Shown in pieces: positions 22,901 to 38,812 of a DNA stretch of 64,000 nt. Each line of letters starts with the position of its first letter. The first letter of the stretch is position 1. The notes beneath the pieces were generated by a model. The model searched no databases and was not told the DNA's origin. It worked only from the letters and a program-made list of their open reading frames with translations. Source of the stretch: Escherichia coli (GTDB lineage: Bacteria > Pseudomonadota > Gammaproteobacteria > Enterobacterales > Enterobacteriaceae); the NCBI RefSeq assembly GCF_013315695.1, contig NZ_CP054353.1; one strand, given 5' to 3'. Position numbers and translations under genes: made by a program.

Positions 22901-24844
22901 TTACTTACTCAAATCCACCTGATAAATCGCAAACCCGATATCATCGGTCGCGACTTTATTCATCGGATATTGCCCTTTCTCTTTAATAAACGCCGCGGCT
23001 TTATCTGATGGAGAGGTTTCGAAACGGATATCCAGTTTCTTATCGCCAGCAATCGGTGCTAAACGCCAGTTGTTATCTGCCGCCGGGTGAATTTCCCCCG
23101 CACGTTTCGACTCATCAGCAATCCACGCTGCCAGCACCGAGCGGTTCTCATCCGGTGAAGCAAAAGCGATATGGCTGTCGCCCGTACCGGCAAATTTGCC
23201 GCCGTAAGCGCGATAGTTATTGGTGGCAACGAGGAACATGGCGTTCGGATCAATCGGTTTGCCATTAAAGGTCAGGTTCTTAATCCTTTCCGCATTGGCA
23301 TTAATCATCTGGCACTCGCCGTCATAACGGGCGGGCTGGGTAACATCAATCTGATAATTCACACCATCAATCACATCAAAGTTATAGGTGCGGAAACCAT
23401 CCCAGTTGATGAGTGACTGTGGTTTCGTGCTGTTAGGATCAATCTGGTTAAACTGTCCGGCGGAGCACTCCAGCCACTCTTTCACCTCTTTACCGCTGGC
23501 TTTCACCACAATCAGCGTATTGGGATAGAGATAAAGATCGGCGGCATTACGGAAAGTCAGCTGACCTTTTTCCACCTCCACATAGCTTGCCGGGTCATTT
23601 TTGCGACCACCAACTTTAAACGGTGCGGCAGCTGAAAGCACCGGCAGTTTTGCCAGATCCGGATCGCCCTGAATGTAATGCTCGACATACGCTTTTTGCG
23701 CGTTGTTCACCACCTGCACGGTCGGATCGTCCTGCACCAGCGCCAGATAGCTATACATATTGTCGGCAGATTTACCGATTGGCTTGCTGACGAACTGGCG
23801 TGTGGCATCGTGATCGGCTTTGAGTGTTTCTACCAGCTTGCTGTCTTCCGCCGCGAGGGATTTTTTATTAGCGATGTCGTAAATCGGTCTTGCTTCCGCT
23901 TTCGCCTGCGTCACCTGCCATTTACCGCTGTCATTACTGAGTTGTAAGTCGACCACACCAAGATGATCGCCCCACATGCCCGGCATTACCGCCGGAACAC
24001 CATTCAGCGTGCCTTTGGCGATATCAGCCCCTTCGATATTAGCAAAATCTTTACCCGGGAAAACGGCGTGAGCATGACCAAACATAATGGCGTTAACACC
24101 CGGAATTTCACTGAGGTAATAAACTGAGTTTTCCGCCATCACTTTATACGGATCGGCAGACAGACCAGAATGCGCCAGAACGACAACGACATCGGCACCT
24201 TTCTCGCGCATTTCAGGCACGTATTTGCGCACGGTTTCGGTAATATCATTCACCGTCACTTTCCCGGATAAATTAGCTTTATCCCAGCCCATGATTTGTG
24301 GCGGGACGACGCCAATATAGCCAATCTTCAGCGTCTGTTTTTTTCCGTCTTTATCGACCACTTCGGTGTCTTTAATTAAATACGGTGTAAACATTGGCTG
24401 TTTGGTTCTGGCGTCAATGACGTTGGCATTTACATAAGGGAATTTCGCTCCCGCCAGCGCATTTTTCAGATAATCCAGACCGTAGTTAAACTCGTGGTTG
24501 CCAAGCGTGCCGACGGTATAGTCCAGCGTATTTAATGCCTTATAGACCGGGTGAATATCACCTGCTTTTAATCCTTTCGCCGACATGTAATCTGCCAGCG
24601 GACTCCCCTGAATCAAATCGCCGCTATCGACCAGTACGCTGTTTTTCACTTCATTGCGGGCATCGTTAATCAGGCTTGCCGTACGTACCAGTCCGAATTT
24701 TTCCGTGGCGGTGTCTTTGTAATAATCGAAATCCATCATGTTGCTATGCAGATCAGTGGTTTCCATGATACGCAGATCGACCGTCGCTGCATTCACACTG
24801 GCGGCAATCAGCGTGGCCAGGAGCGTTGCGCTAAACTTAATCAT
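22901..24844 (-). CDS. cpdB: CpdB, periplasmic 2',3'-cyclic-nucleotide 2'-phosphodiesterase/3'-nucleotidase
   Basis: 647 aa from [19 protein letters not shown] (signal peptide), calcineurin-like phosphoesterase and 5'-nucleotidase C-terminal domains. Confidence 0.9.
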   Translation of the reverse strand: MIKFSATLLATLIAASVNAATVDLRIMETTDLHSNMMDFDYYKDTATEKFGLVRTASLINDARNEVKNSVLVDSGDLIQGSPLADYMSAKGLKAGDIHPVYKALNTLDYTVGTLGNHEFNYGLDYLKNALAGAKFPYVNANVIDARTKQPMFTPYLIKDTEVVDKDGKKQTLKIGYIGVVPPQIMGWDKANLSGKVTVNDITETVRKYVPEMREKGADVVVVLAHSGLSADPYKVMAENSVYYLSEIPGVNAIMFGHAHAVFPGKDFANIEGADIAKGTLNGVPAVMPGMWGDHLGVVDLQLSNDSGKWQVTQAKAEARPIYDIANKKSLAAEDSKLVETLKADHDATRQFVSKPIGKSADNMYSYLALVQDDPTVQVVNNAQKAYVEHYIQGDPDLAKLPVLSAAAPFKVGGRKNDPASYVEVEKGQLTFRNAADLYLYPNTLIVVKASGKEVKEWLECSAGQFNQIDPNSTKPQSLINWDGFRTYNFDVIDGVNYQIDVTQPARYDGECQMINANAERIKNLTFNGKPIDPNAMFLVATNNYRAYGGKFAGTGDSHIAFASPDENRSVLAAWIADESKRAGEIHPAADNNWRLAPIAGDKKLDIRFETSPSDKAAAFIKEKGQYPMNKVATDDIGFAIYQVDLSK

Positions 24845-25033
24845 CAGGGACATCCTTTTATCATCGGGAATACGAAAGAAAAGGGAGAATAAACGTCTTA
24901 CTTATAGAACAGTGAAGAATGCCACAATTTTACGCTTTGAAAATGATGACACTATCACAGTTGGCGCATTCATTAACGATAGGGTATAAGTAAAACAATA
25001 AGTTAACACCGCTCACAGAGACGAGGTGGAGAA

Positions 25034-25774
25034 ATGTTAGATCAAGTATGCCAGCTTGCACGGAATGCAGGCGATGCCATTATGCAGGTCTACGACGGGA
25101 CGAAACCGATGGACGTCGTCAGCAAAGCGGACAATTCTCCGGTAACGGCAGCGGATATTGCCGCTCACACCGTTATCATGGACGGTTTACGTACGCTGAC
25201 ACCGGATATTCCGGTCCTTTCTGAAGAAGATCCTCCCGGTTGGGAAGTCCGTCAGCACTGGCAGCGTTACTGGCTGGTAGACCCGCTGGATGGTACTAAA
25301 GAGTTTATTAAACGTAATGGCGAATTCACCGTTAACATTGCGCTCATCGACCACGGCAAACCGAGTTTAGGTGTGGTGTATGCGCCGGTAATGAACGTAA
25401 TGTACAGCGCGGCAGAAGGCAAAGCCTGGAAAGAAGAGTGCGGTGTGCGCAAGCAGATTCAGGTCCGCGATGCGCGCCCGCCGCTGGTGGTGATCAGCCG
25501 TTCCCATGCAGATGCGGAGCTGAAAGAGTATCTGCAACAGCTTGGCGAACATCAGACCACGTCCATCGGCTCTTCGCTGAAATTCTGCCTGGTGGCGGAA
25601 GGGCAGGCGCAGCTGTACCCGCGCTTCGGACCAACGAATATTTGGGATACCGCCGCTGGTCATGCTGTGGCTGCAGCTGCCGGAGCGCACGTTCACGACT
25701 GGCAGGGTAAACCGCTGGATTACACTCCGCGCGAGTCGTTCCTGAATCCGGGATTCAGAGTGTCTATTTACTAA
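25034..25774 (+). CDS. cysQ: CysQ, 3'(2'),5'-bisphosphate nucleotidase
   Basis: 246 aa, [22 protein letters not shown]..., inositol-monophosphatase-family motifs WLVDPLDGT and WDTAAG. Confidence 0.9.
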   Translation: MLDQVCQLARNAGDAIMQVYDGTKPMDVVSKADNSPVTAADIAAHTVIMDGLRTLTPDIPVLSEEDPPGWEVRQHWQRYWLVDPLDGTKEFIKRNGEFTVNIALIDHGKPSLGVVYAPVMNVMYSAAEGKAWKEECGVRKQIQVRDARPPLVVISRSHADAELKEYLQQLGEHQTTSIGSSLKFCLVAEGQAQLYPRFGPTNIWDTAAGHAVAAAAGAHVHDWQGKPLDYTPRESFLNPGFRVSIY

Positions 25775-25985
25775 ATTCAGATGGCAGAAACAGTGTATTT
25801 CCTGATTCTGCCATCCTGATTTCTCCCAACCTAAAAAGTTATAAATAAAAAGAGATTGTATTTAAAGTGCAAAAATTCAATTGCTAATAAGTTACATTTT
25901 AATAATGAGCGTTTTTTGATAGTTTACTTCTATAGTGAGGTATTTAATGGCGACATAAAGTAACCAAATAAAATAAGGTTGTCAT

Positions 25986-26897
25986 ATGTTACCCAGGATC
26001 AGACACAATAATTTTATTGGTGCAGTGGAGTTATTTGTAAAGTCTTCGTATACAAAAACACATTCAAACAATTTTTTTAACAATATCCAGCATGCATTTA
26101 AGAAAAAAGATTGGATTTCGAATTATGATAGCCTGTTAACTTTGCGGGAGTTCTTTCGTTGCGCAACTCAGATTGGTAAAAGTAGTTATCAGGTGCTTTC
26201 ATCAAAAAATGAAACTGTTCACGCCATGGATAATTTTCTTATCAGTTTCAGCCTTAAAGATAACGGTGCCGAATATACAATGACATTGCGAGGTAGTGGA
26301 TTTGAATACGAAGAAATTCCCATAACAATAAATGAGTATAACTCATTCATGGATTTCAAAAACCGCGAGTTTCCGTTAGAACAAAACAGAAGATTGTATG
26401 CCTGTGATATTTTGCAGAAAAAACAGTCTGACATACCAAAAAGGATTAAAGGTTATATTCGCCAGGCGATTGGTGACGTGTCTTTAGGTTATGCCTTATT
26501 GGAGGATATAGTAAGCAAATTAAAACGGGGTAAATTTGAACTCCAAATACCAGGCGGTGGAATTAAAGAATGCGATGGATGGTATATTTACGAAAAAATA
26601 ATTGATGATAATTTTGCCATAGTCATAGAATCTTTGGGCTTTGCGCTTAAAATCTATGGAGGGGATGAACGTTTTCGTAATGGTTCCTCTGTTGTTTTGG
26701 AGGATGAAGATTACTCTCTTATTTATAATTTTCTGGTTAATGCAGGTTGCCAACAAGTCGAATTAGCCGAACAAGTGGATGCGATAGTAAGTGCGAATCT
26801 GGCCGTAGATAGTGATATTACCGAAGAGGAGATTTGCGAGAAATATAAATCAACCATTGAGGCGTTTAAAAAAGAGCAACTAGCGTTACCAGTATGA
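25986..26897 (+). CDS. ytfI: YtfI, uncharacterized AT-rich ORFan
   Basis: 303-aa ORF, markedly AT-rich, no recognisable domain. Confidence 0.6.
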   Translation: MLPRIRHNNFIGAVELFVKSSYTKTHSNNFFNNIQHAFKKKDWISNYDSLLTLREFFRCATQIGKSSYQVLSSKNETVHAMDNFLISFSLKDNGAEYTMTLRGSGFEYEEIPITINEYNSFMDFKNREFPLEQNRRLYACDILQKKQSDIPKRIKGYIRQAIGDVSLGYALLEDIVSKLKRGKFELQIPGGGIKECDGWYIYEKIIDDNFAIVIESLGFALKIYGGDERFRNGSSVVLEDEDYSLIYNFLVNAGCQQVELAEQVDAIVSANLAVDSDITEEEICEKYKSTIEAFKKEQLALPV

Positions 26898-26986
26898 GTT
26901 AGGTGTAAGAGCTCAGAGACTTAATTCCCCTATCCCATAGATAACGATAGGGGAAAATTATTTTTGCAGAATTTATGTTATTGCCA

Positions 26987-27541
26987 TTATTTGAGCAACT
27001 TTTGCAGCAGGTCCATCACTTGCTGCACCTCTTCCTGTGTGAGCGCCCCGTCTTTGGCCCATTGCACGCGACCATCCTTATCCAGCACCACTACAGCGGA
27101 ACTTTCTTCATCCAGCTGCCAGGCACCGCGCGCGACGCCATTGCTATCGACAATAAACTGCGACCAGGGATAAAGCTTTTTATTACTCTCCAGACTGCTG
27201 CGCACAAACATCCCTGAACCCGGAATCGCGTCGTCGGTGTTAACAATAGTGGTGGTCTGGTAACGATCGTGCGGTAACTTCGCTGATTTAATCGCTTCAA
27301 TCAGCGTTGCGTTTTTCTCTTTTGCAGAGGTGCGACCAGCAATATGTTGCAGTACTCGCACTTTTCCCACTAACTGCGCGCTGTTCCAGGTTTTGTAGCT
27401 AAACTGATCTTTATCAAGCACCAACTCGCCCCGATCGGTAATGCCAATCGGCGGCACTCGCTGACCGGTTTCGAACTGATGTGCGGAAGCCATCATCGGC
27501 AACAGCAGGCAGGTGAGTGCCAGAATCTTGCGTAGGGTCAT
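26987..27541 (-). CDS. ytfJ: YtfJ, periplasmic protein (thioredoxin-like)
   Basis: 184 aa, MTLRKILALTCLLLPMMASAHQFETGQRV..., signal peptide. Confidence 0.8.
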   Translation of the reverse strand: MTLRKILALTCLLLPMMASAHQFETGQRVPPIGITDRGELVLDKDQFSYKTWNSAQLVGKVRVLQHIAGRTSAKEKNATLIEAIKSAKLPHDRYQTTTIVNTDDAIPGSGMFVRSSLESNKKLYPWSQFIVDSNGVARGAWQLDEESSAVVVLDKDGRVQWAKDGALTQEEVQQVMDLLQKLLK

Positions 27542-27865
27542 GGTGTTTCCTTCTTATGATATGCAGGTGATCCGACCACTTGGGTCTGAGTTTTAATCAT
27601 ATGTGCTATTTATCGAATTTCCCGCAAGTGTGATGCTAGTTTGCGGTCAAGCGCACAAATCATATGAAAAATGAATGCTTATACTGAAGACCGCGCTTCG
27701 GTAAAAAGATAATTCTGAATAATTGTAACCTTTAGGTAAAAAAAGTTATACGCGGTGGAAACATTGCCCGGATAGTCTATAGTCACTAAGCATTAAAATT
27801 TGCGCCTCATAATAGTTGGGCCGATTGTGGCACCGCACAGGCGTAATACTCAGCAGGAGATAACA

Positions 27866-28072
27866 ATGAAAATTTTCCAACGGTACAACCCGCTTCAGGT
27901 GGCGAAGTACGTAAAGATCCTGTTCCGTGGACGGTTATACATCAAGGACGTTGGCGCTTTTGAATTTGATAAGGGTAAGATTCTTATCCCAAAAGTGAAG
28001 GATAAGCTGCATTTGTCAGTGATGTCCGAAGTTAACCGTCAGGTTATGCGTCTGCAAACAGAGATGGCTTAA
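27866..28072 (+). CDS. ytfK: YtfK, small DUF1107 protein
   Basis: 68 aa from internal Met, [38 protein letters not shown]... Confidence 0.8.
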
Positions 28073-28133
28073 CCAAAGTGCTATGCAGTATTAAGACGGC
28101 TCCTGATTCAGGAGCCGTTGATGTTTCAGGGGG

Positions 28134-29477
28134 TTACGCGACGCTTTCTTCTTTATCTTTAGCGTCAGGCAGTTTTGGCGAAAGGGCTGTGGCCTTGCTG
28201 TCGATCCGGGTCACCAGCAGCTGGTCGATGCGGTAGTTATCGATATCCACCACTTCAAATTTGTAGCCGGCGAATTTCACCGAATCGGTGCGTTTCGGGA
28301 TCTTACGCAGCATAAACATCATAAAGCCGCCGATGGTTTCGTAGTTGCCCGACTGCGGGAACTCGTCAATATCCAGCACGCGCATGACGTCGTCAATCGG
28401 AGTGCCGCCGTCAATCAGCCATGAGTTCTCATCACGGGCGACAATCTGCTCTTCCAGCCCCTGGCCGACCAGATCGCCCATCAGCGTGGTCATCACGTCG
28501 TTGAGGGTGATGATCCCCACTACCAGCGCGTACTCGTTCATGATCACCGCGAAGTCTTCACCTGCGGTTTTAAAACTTTCCAACGCCTCTGAAAGGGTTA
28601 ACGTATCCGGCACAATCAGCGTGTTGCGAATTTGTACGCCGCTGTTCAGTGCCAGGCTTTGGTTAGCCAGCACGCGGTTCAGCAGGTCTTTAGAATCGAC
28701 ATAGCCGATGATGTGGTCAATATCTTCATTACAGACGAGGAACTTAGAGTGCGGATGTTCCGCCACCTTATTCTTCAGACTTTGCTCATCTTCGTGGAGA
28801 TCAAACCAAATCACGTTTTCACGCGGTGTCATTGAAGACGGAACGGTACGGGATTCTAGTTCAAAGACGTTTTCAATCAGCTCGTGTTCCTGTTTACGTA
28901 ACACGCCCGCCAGCGCACCGGCTTCCACTACCGCGTAGATGTCATCAGAAGTGATGTCATCTTTACGTACCATTGGCAGTTTGAAAATACGGAAGATCAT
29001 GTTCGCCAGGCCGTTGAAGAACCACACCAGCGGGGTGCAAACGTACAGGCAGAAGCGCATCGGGTTGATGATACGCAAAGCCACAGCTTCTGGCGCAATC
29101 ATACCGATGCGTTTCGGGGTTAAATCCGCAAACAGGATAAACATGCCAGTCACTAACGAGAAAGAGAGAATAAAGCTCAGTTGCTCAGAGAGTTCTGCCG
29201 ACATATAGCGGGAGAACAGGCTGTGAAAAGCTGGAGAAAATGCCGCATCACCGACGATACCGCCGAGAATCGCCACTGCGTTCAGACCGATTTGGACCAC
29301 GGTAAAGAACATGCCGGGATTTTCCTGCATATTCAGAACGCGTTGGGCATTTATATTGCCTTCATCAGCCAGCAGTTTAAGTTTGATTTTGCGTGAGGCG
29401 GCAAGCGAGATCTCGGACATCGAGAAGAACGCACTTACAGCGATCAAACAGAGTATGACTAAAATACTGTTTAACAT
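28134..29477 (-). CDS. ytfL: YtfL (PaeA), UPF0053/CorC-HlyC-family membrane protein with CBS domains
   Basis: 447 aa, MLNSILVILCLIAVSAFFSMSEISLAASRKIKLKLLADEG..., DUF21 + CBS pair + CorC-HlyC C-terminal architecture. Confidence 0.85.
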   Translation of the reverse strand: MLNSILVILCLIAVSAFFSMSEISLAASRKIKLKLLADEGNINAQRVLNMQENPGMFFTVVQIGLNAVAILGGIVGDAAFSPAFHSLFSRYMSAELSEQLSFILSFSLVTGMFILFADLTPKRIGMIAPEAVALRIINPMRFCLYVCTPLVWFFNGLANMIFRIFKLPMVRKDDITSDDIYAVVEAGALAGVLRKQEHELIENVFELESRTVPSSMTPRENVIWFDLHEDEQSLKNKVAEHPHSKFLVCNEDIDHIIGYVDSKDLLNRVLANQSLALNSGVQIRNTLIVPDTLTLSEALESFKTAGEDFAVIMNEYALVVGIITLNDVMTTLMGDLVGQGLEEQIVARDENSWLIDGGTPIDDVMRVLDIDEFPQSGNYETIGGFMMFMLRKIPKRTDSVKFAGYKFEVVDIDNYRIDQLLVTRIDSKATALSPKLPDAKDKEESVA

Positions 29478-29654
29478 ATCTTATCCGACCTTTCAGGCCA
29501 GATCCTCGGAAGGGGAAGTTGATTAATTTGTGTGAAATACACATTGAAAGCCGATTCGAAGAAAGTGAACCGGCATTTTCAGTGGCTAGTATAGCGTAAG
29601 GTACTGTAAAGCCGCCAGAGGGTTAAAATTCAGACTGCTGATAAATGCAAAACT

Positions 29655-29755
29655 GCCTGATGCGCTATGCCGATCAGGCCTACGCACTCGTTGCAATATA
29701 TTGAATTTGGACGATTTTGTAGGCCTGGTAAGGCGTTTACGTCGCATCCGGCATA
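29655..29755. repeat. REP/BIME repeats
   Basis: gcctgatgcgc...gatcaggcctac and aggcgtttacgtcgcatccggca units between ytfL and msrA. Confidence 0.6.
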
Positions 29756-29799
29756 AACAAAACGCACTTTATCAACAATCTACATTTGTACCCTTAACG

Positions 29800-30438
29800 C
29801 TATGCTTCCGGCGGCAGACAGACGCCAATTCCGCCAATTCCACAGTAACCATACGGGTTTTTATGCAGATATTGCTGGTGGTCATCTTCGGCATAATAAA
29901 ACGGTGTGGCGTTCGCGATTTCCGTGGTGATGCGACGATCGTCATCGGCGGCAAGCATCGCCGCCTGAAAACGTTCCAGACTGGCGCGAGCTGCGGCATC
30001 CTGTTCTGGGGTCAGCGGATAAATCGCTGAACGATACTGCGTGCCGTGGTCATTGCCCTGACGCATTCCCTGGGCGGGATCGTGATTCTCCCAAAATACC
30101 TGTAGCAACTGCTCATAGCTGATGACGGAAGGATCGTAAACAATGCGTACCGCTTCGGCATGACCAGTATCACCGGAACACACTTCCCGATAAGTCGGAT
30201 TTGGCGTATAGCCGCCGGTATAGCCTGCGGCGGTGCTGTAAACGCCGGGTAACTGCCAGAACAGTCGCTCCACACCCCAGAAACAACCCATCGCAAAAAT
30301 GGCAATCTCCATTCCGTCAGGTACATTGGTCATTGAGTGACCGTTGACCGCATGCAGCGTGGCTACGGGCATCGGGGTGTTACGTCCAGGCAGGGCATCG
30401 GCGGGGGAAACCAGATGCTTTTTATCAAATAAACTCAT
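29800..30438 (-). CDS. msrA: MsrA, peptide methionine-S-sulfoxide reductase
   Basis: 212 aa from [19 protein letters not shown]...; GCFWG active-site motif. Confidence 0.9.
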   Translation of the reverse strand: MSLFDKKHLVSPADALPGRNTPMPVATLHAVNGHSMTNVPDGMEIAIFAMGCFWGVERLFWQLPGVYSTAAGYTGGYTPNPTYREVCSGDTGHAEAVRIVYDPSVISYEQLLQVFWENHDPAQGMRQGNDHGTQYRSAIYPLTPEQDAAARASLERFQAAMLAADDDRRITTEIANATPFYYAEDDHQQYLHKNPYGYCGIGGIGVCLPPEA

Positions 30439-30601
30439 GGTGTCGCTCTCCCGAAAATCGGTCATTGGGGTTAAGGTTGTAACAAGAGGCGTATTTGCAC
30501 ACAATAACCGCTGTGAATAGGTCTAAAGTAAAACATAAGAAATATTTGGGGTTTAGTCTGCTTTTTAATCCATATTACTGGATTTTTGTTAAGCCGTTTA
30601 A

Positions 30602-36153
<5,552 letters not shown>

Positions 36154-36155
36154 CA

Positions 36156-36497
36156 ATGCGAATATTTGTCTACGGCAGTTTACGCCACAAACAAGGCAAC
36201 AGTCACTGGATGACCAATGCCCAGTTACTGGGCGATTTCAGTATCGATAACTACCAGTTGTATAGCCTGGGCCACTATCCAGGCGCAGTTCCGGGGAACG
36301 GAACGGTACACGGTGAAGTTTATCGTATTGACAACGCCACGCTGGCCGAACTTGATGCCTTGCGCACCAGGGGCGGTGAATACGCGCGCCAGTTGATTCA
36401 GACGCCGTACGGGAGTGCATGGATGTACGTTTATCAACGACCCGTCGATGGATTAAAGCTAATTGAAAGCGGCGACTGGTTAGACAGGGATAAGTAA
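36156..36497 (+). CDS. ytfP: YtfP, gamma-glutamylcyclotransferase-family protein
   Basis: 113 aa, MRIFVYGSLRHKQGNSHWM..., AIG2-like fold motif YGSL. Confidence 0.85.
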   Translation: MRIFVYGSLRHKQGNSHWMTNAQLLGDFSIDNYQLYSLGHYPGAVPGNGTVHGEVYRIDNATLAELDALRTRGGEYARQLIQTPYGSAWMYVYQRPVDGLKLIESGDWLDRDK

Positions 36498-36504
36498 TAA
36501 TAAA

Positions 36505-36534
36505 AGCACGCCACCTTCGGGTGGCGTTGTTTTA
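36505..36534 (+). terminator. Rho-independent terminator of tamAB-ytfP
   Basis: acgccaccttcgggtggcgt hairpin followed by tgtttta. Confidence 0.75.
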
Positions 36535-36876
36535 TGCGATGTATCTCGCGATTTTTTTTTGTAACTTTTCCATCTTTTGCTTTTCTCTCCGAGCCGCTTT
36601 CCATATCTGCAATCGCATAAAAAACTCTGCTGGCGTTCACAAATGTGCAGGGGTAAAACGGGGGCACGCTTTGAACGGTGAGTATGAGTGAGGTCGGCTA
36701 ACTTCCAGCAAGTGGCTATGAACAGCAAAATGGTGGTCGGGTTTGCTTGTTCTTACCGTTCAAGCCTTGCAACCGCTGAGAATAATGATGGTGGAATAGA
36801 GAGTTTATTTATCGCGGGCATAAAAAAACCCTTACTAACCGAAGCCCGGCGTTCAGGGTTATTGCGCTAGAAGAAC

Positions 36877-37407
36877 TTATTTATTCTTTGCGCGCTCGAA
36901 GGAAGCAACGATTTCAGCTTTAGCGGCTTCTGCGTTTTCCCAACCTTCAACTTTCACCCACTTGCCTTTTTCGAGGTCTTTGTAGTGCTCGAAGAAGTGA
37001 GCGATTTGCGCTTTCAGCAGTTCAGGCAGATCGTTTACGTCTTTAATGTGATCGTATTCTTTGCTCAGCTTGCTGTGCGGAACCGCAACCAGTTTCGCAT
37101 CTTCACCGGCTTCGTCGGTCATTTTCAGAACGCCAACCGGACGGCAACGGATCACAGAACCAGGCTGCAGCGGGTACGGAGTCGGGACCAGTACGTCAAC
37201 CGGGTCACCGTCCAGAGACAGGGTGTGGTTGATGTAACCGTAGTTGCACGGATAGAACATCGCGGTGGACATGAAGCGGTCAACGAACAGTGCGCCGCTC
37301 TCTTTGTCGATTTCGTATTTGATCGGATCTGCGTTAGCCGGGATCTCAATAACAACGTAGATGTCTTCCGGCAGATCTTTACCCGCAGGGACGTTGAGTA
37401 AGCTCAT
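36877..37407 (-). CDS. ppa: Inorganic pyrophosphatase
   Basis: 176 aa, [45 protein letters not shown]... Confidence 0.95.
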   Translation of the reverse strand: MSLLNVPAGKDLPEDIYVVIEIPANADPIKYEIDKESGALFVDRFMSTAMFYPCNYGYINHTLSLDGDPVDVLVPTPYPLQPGSVIRCRPVGVLKMTDEAGEDAKLVAVPHSKLSKEYDHIKDVNDLPELLKAQIAHFFEHYKDLEKGKWVKVEGWENAEAAKAEIVASFERAKNK

Positions 37408-37716
37408 GTCTGTTTCCTTTAAAAATATGTGGCAAACAAGTGCCGAGTATTATAGCCAACTCGCGCCGAATGTCTTTGCTTGTTTTCGTCTTCATTTTCC
37501 TTTTTCGCCAGTTTTAAGACGGTATACAGAGCAGGAAAATCCATAACCGTAGCCGCATTTTTCATAGTGAGATGAAAGCGATTACAAACTTGTGATTAAC
37601 GTTTTATTTACTTTTTTGAAGTGTGATGTAACGCAATCCGTTACATAACGAATTGTCTATAGTTTTTTCGCGAACATCTTTTCACCAATAATAATTACCC
37701 CGACGAGGACAACCCT

Positions 37717-38673
37717 ATGTGGAAACGCTTACTTGTAGTCTCTGCAGTCTCGGCAGCCATGTCGTCTATGGCGTTGGCCGCTCCATTAACCGTAGGATTT
37801 TCGCAGGTCGGATCGGAATCCGGCTGGCGCGCCGCAGAAACCAATGTGGCGAAAAGTGAGGCCGAAAAACGCGGAATTACGTTGAAAATTGCCGATGGTC
37901 AGCAAAAGCAGGAAAACCAGATTAAAGCGGTACGTTCCTTCGTTGCACAAGGGGTGGATGCGATCTTTATCGCTCCAGTGGTTGCGACGGGTTGGGAACC
38001 GGTATTAAAAGAGGCGAAAGATGCCGAAATCCCGGTCTTCTTGCTCGACCGTTCCATCGATGTGAAAGACAAATCTCTCTATATGACCACCGTTACTGCC
38101 GACAACATCCTCGAAGGTAAGTTGATCGGTGACTGGCTGGTAAAAGAAGTGAATGGCAAACCATGCAACGTGGTGGAGCTGCAGGGCACCGTTGGGGCCA
38201 GCGTCGCCATTGACCGTAAGAAAGGCTTTGCCGAAGCCATTAAGAATGCGCCAAATATCAAAATTATCCGCTCGCAGTCAGGTGACTTCACCCGCAGTAA
38301 AGGCAAAGAAGTCATGGAGAGCTTTATCAAAGCGGAAAACAACGGCAAAAACATCTGCATGGTTTACGCCCATAACGACGACATGGTGATTGGTGCAATT
38401 CAGGCAATTAAAGAAGCGGGCCTGAAACCGGGCAAAGATATCCTCACGGGTTCCATTGACGGTGTACCGGACATCTACAAAGCGATGATGGATGGCGAAG
38501 CGAACGCCAGTGTTGAACTGACGCCGAACATGGCGGGACCCGCTTTCGATGCGCTGGAGAAATACAAAAAAGACGGCACCATGCCTGAAAAGCTGACGTT
38601 AACCAAATCCACCCTTTACCTGCCTGATACCGCAAAAGAAGAGTTAGAGAAGAAGAAAAATATGGGGTATTGA
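37717..38673 (+). CDS. ytfQ: YtfQ, periplasmic galactofuranose-binding protein of an ABC transporter
   Basis: 318 aa, signal peptide, periplasmic sugar-binding fold. Confidence 0.9.
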   Translation: MWKRLLVVSAVSAAMSSMALAAPLTVGFSQVGSESGWRAAETNVAKSEAEKRGITLKIADGQQKQENQIKAVRSFVAQGVDAIFIAPVVATGWEPVLKEAKDAEIPVFLLDRSIDVKDKSLYMTTVTADNILEGKLIGDWLVKEVNGKPCNVVELQGTVGASVAIDRKKGFAEAIKNAPNIKIIRSQSGDFTRSKGKEVMESFIKAENNGKNICMVYAHNDDMVIGAIQAIKEAGLKPGKDILTGSIDGVPDIYKAMMDGEANASVELTPNMAGPAFDALEKYKKDGTMPEKLTLTKSTLYLPDTAKEELEKKKNMGY

Positions 38674-38682
38674 GGGTTGCTA

Positions 38683-38785
38683 TGCCTGATGCCGATTCGT
38701 AGGCCGGATAAGGCGCTCGCGCCGCATCCGGCGATGGTGCACTGAAGCCTGATTCGACGCTTACCGCGTCTTATCATGCCTACTG
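38683..38785. repeat. REP/BIME repeats
   Basis: gcctgatgccgattcgtaggccggataaggcgctcgcgccgcatccggc between ytfQ and ytfR. Confidence 0.6.
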
Positions 38786-38812
38786 GGAGCACGCTTTACA
38801 CCGGGGGAAACC

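Noticed and set aside
36688-36870. 60-aa ORF in the ytfP-ppa interval as a possible toxin or antitoxin remnant
   Set aside because: No similarity to ChpS/ChpB motifs, overlaps the ppa terminator, no RBS; probably spurious.
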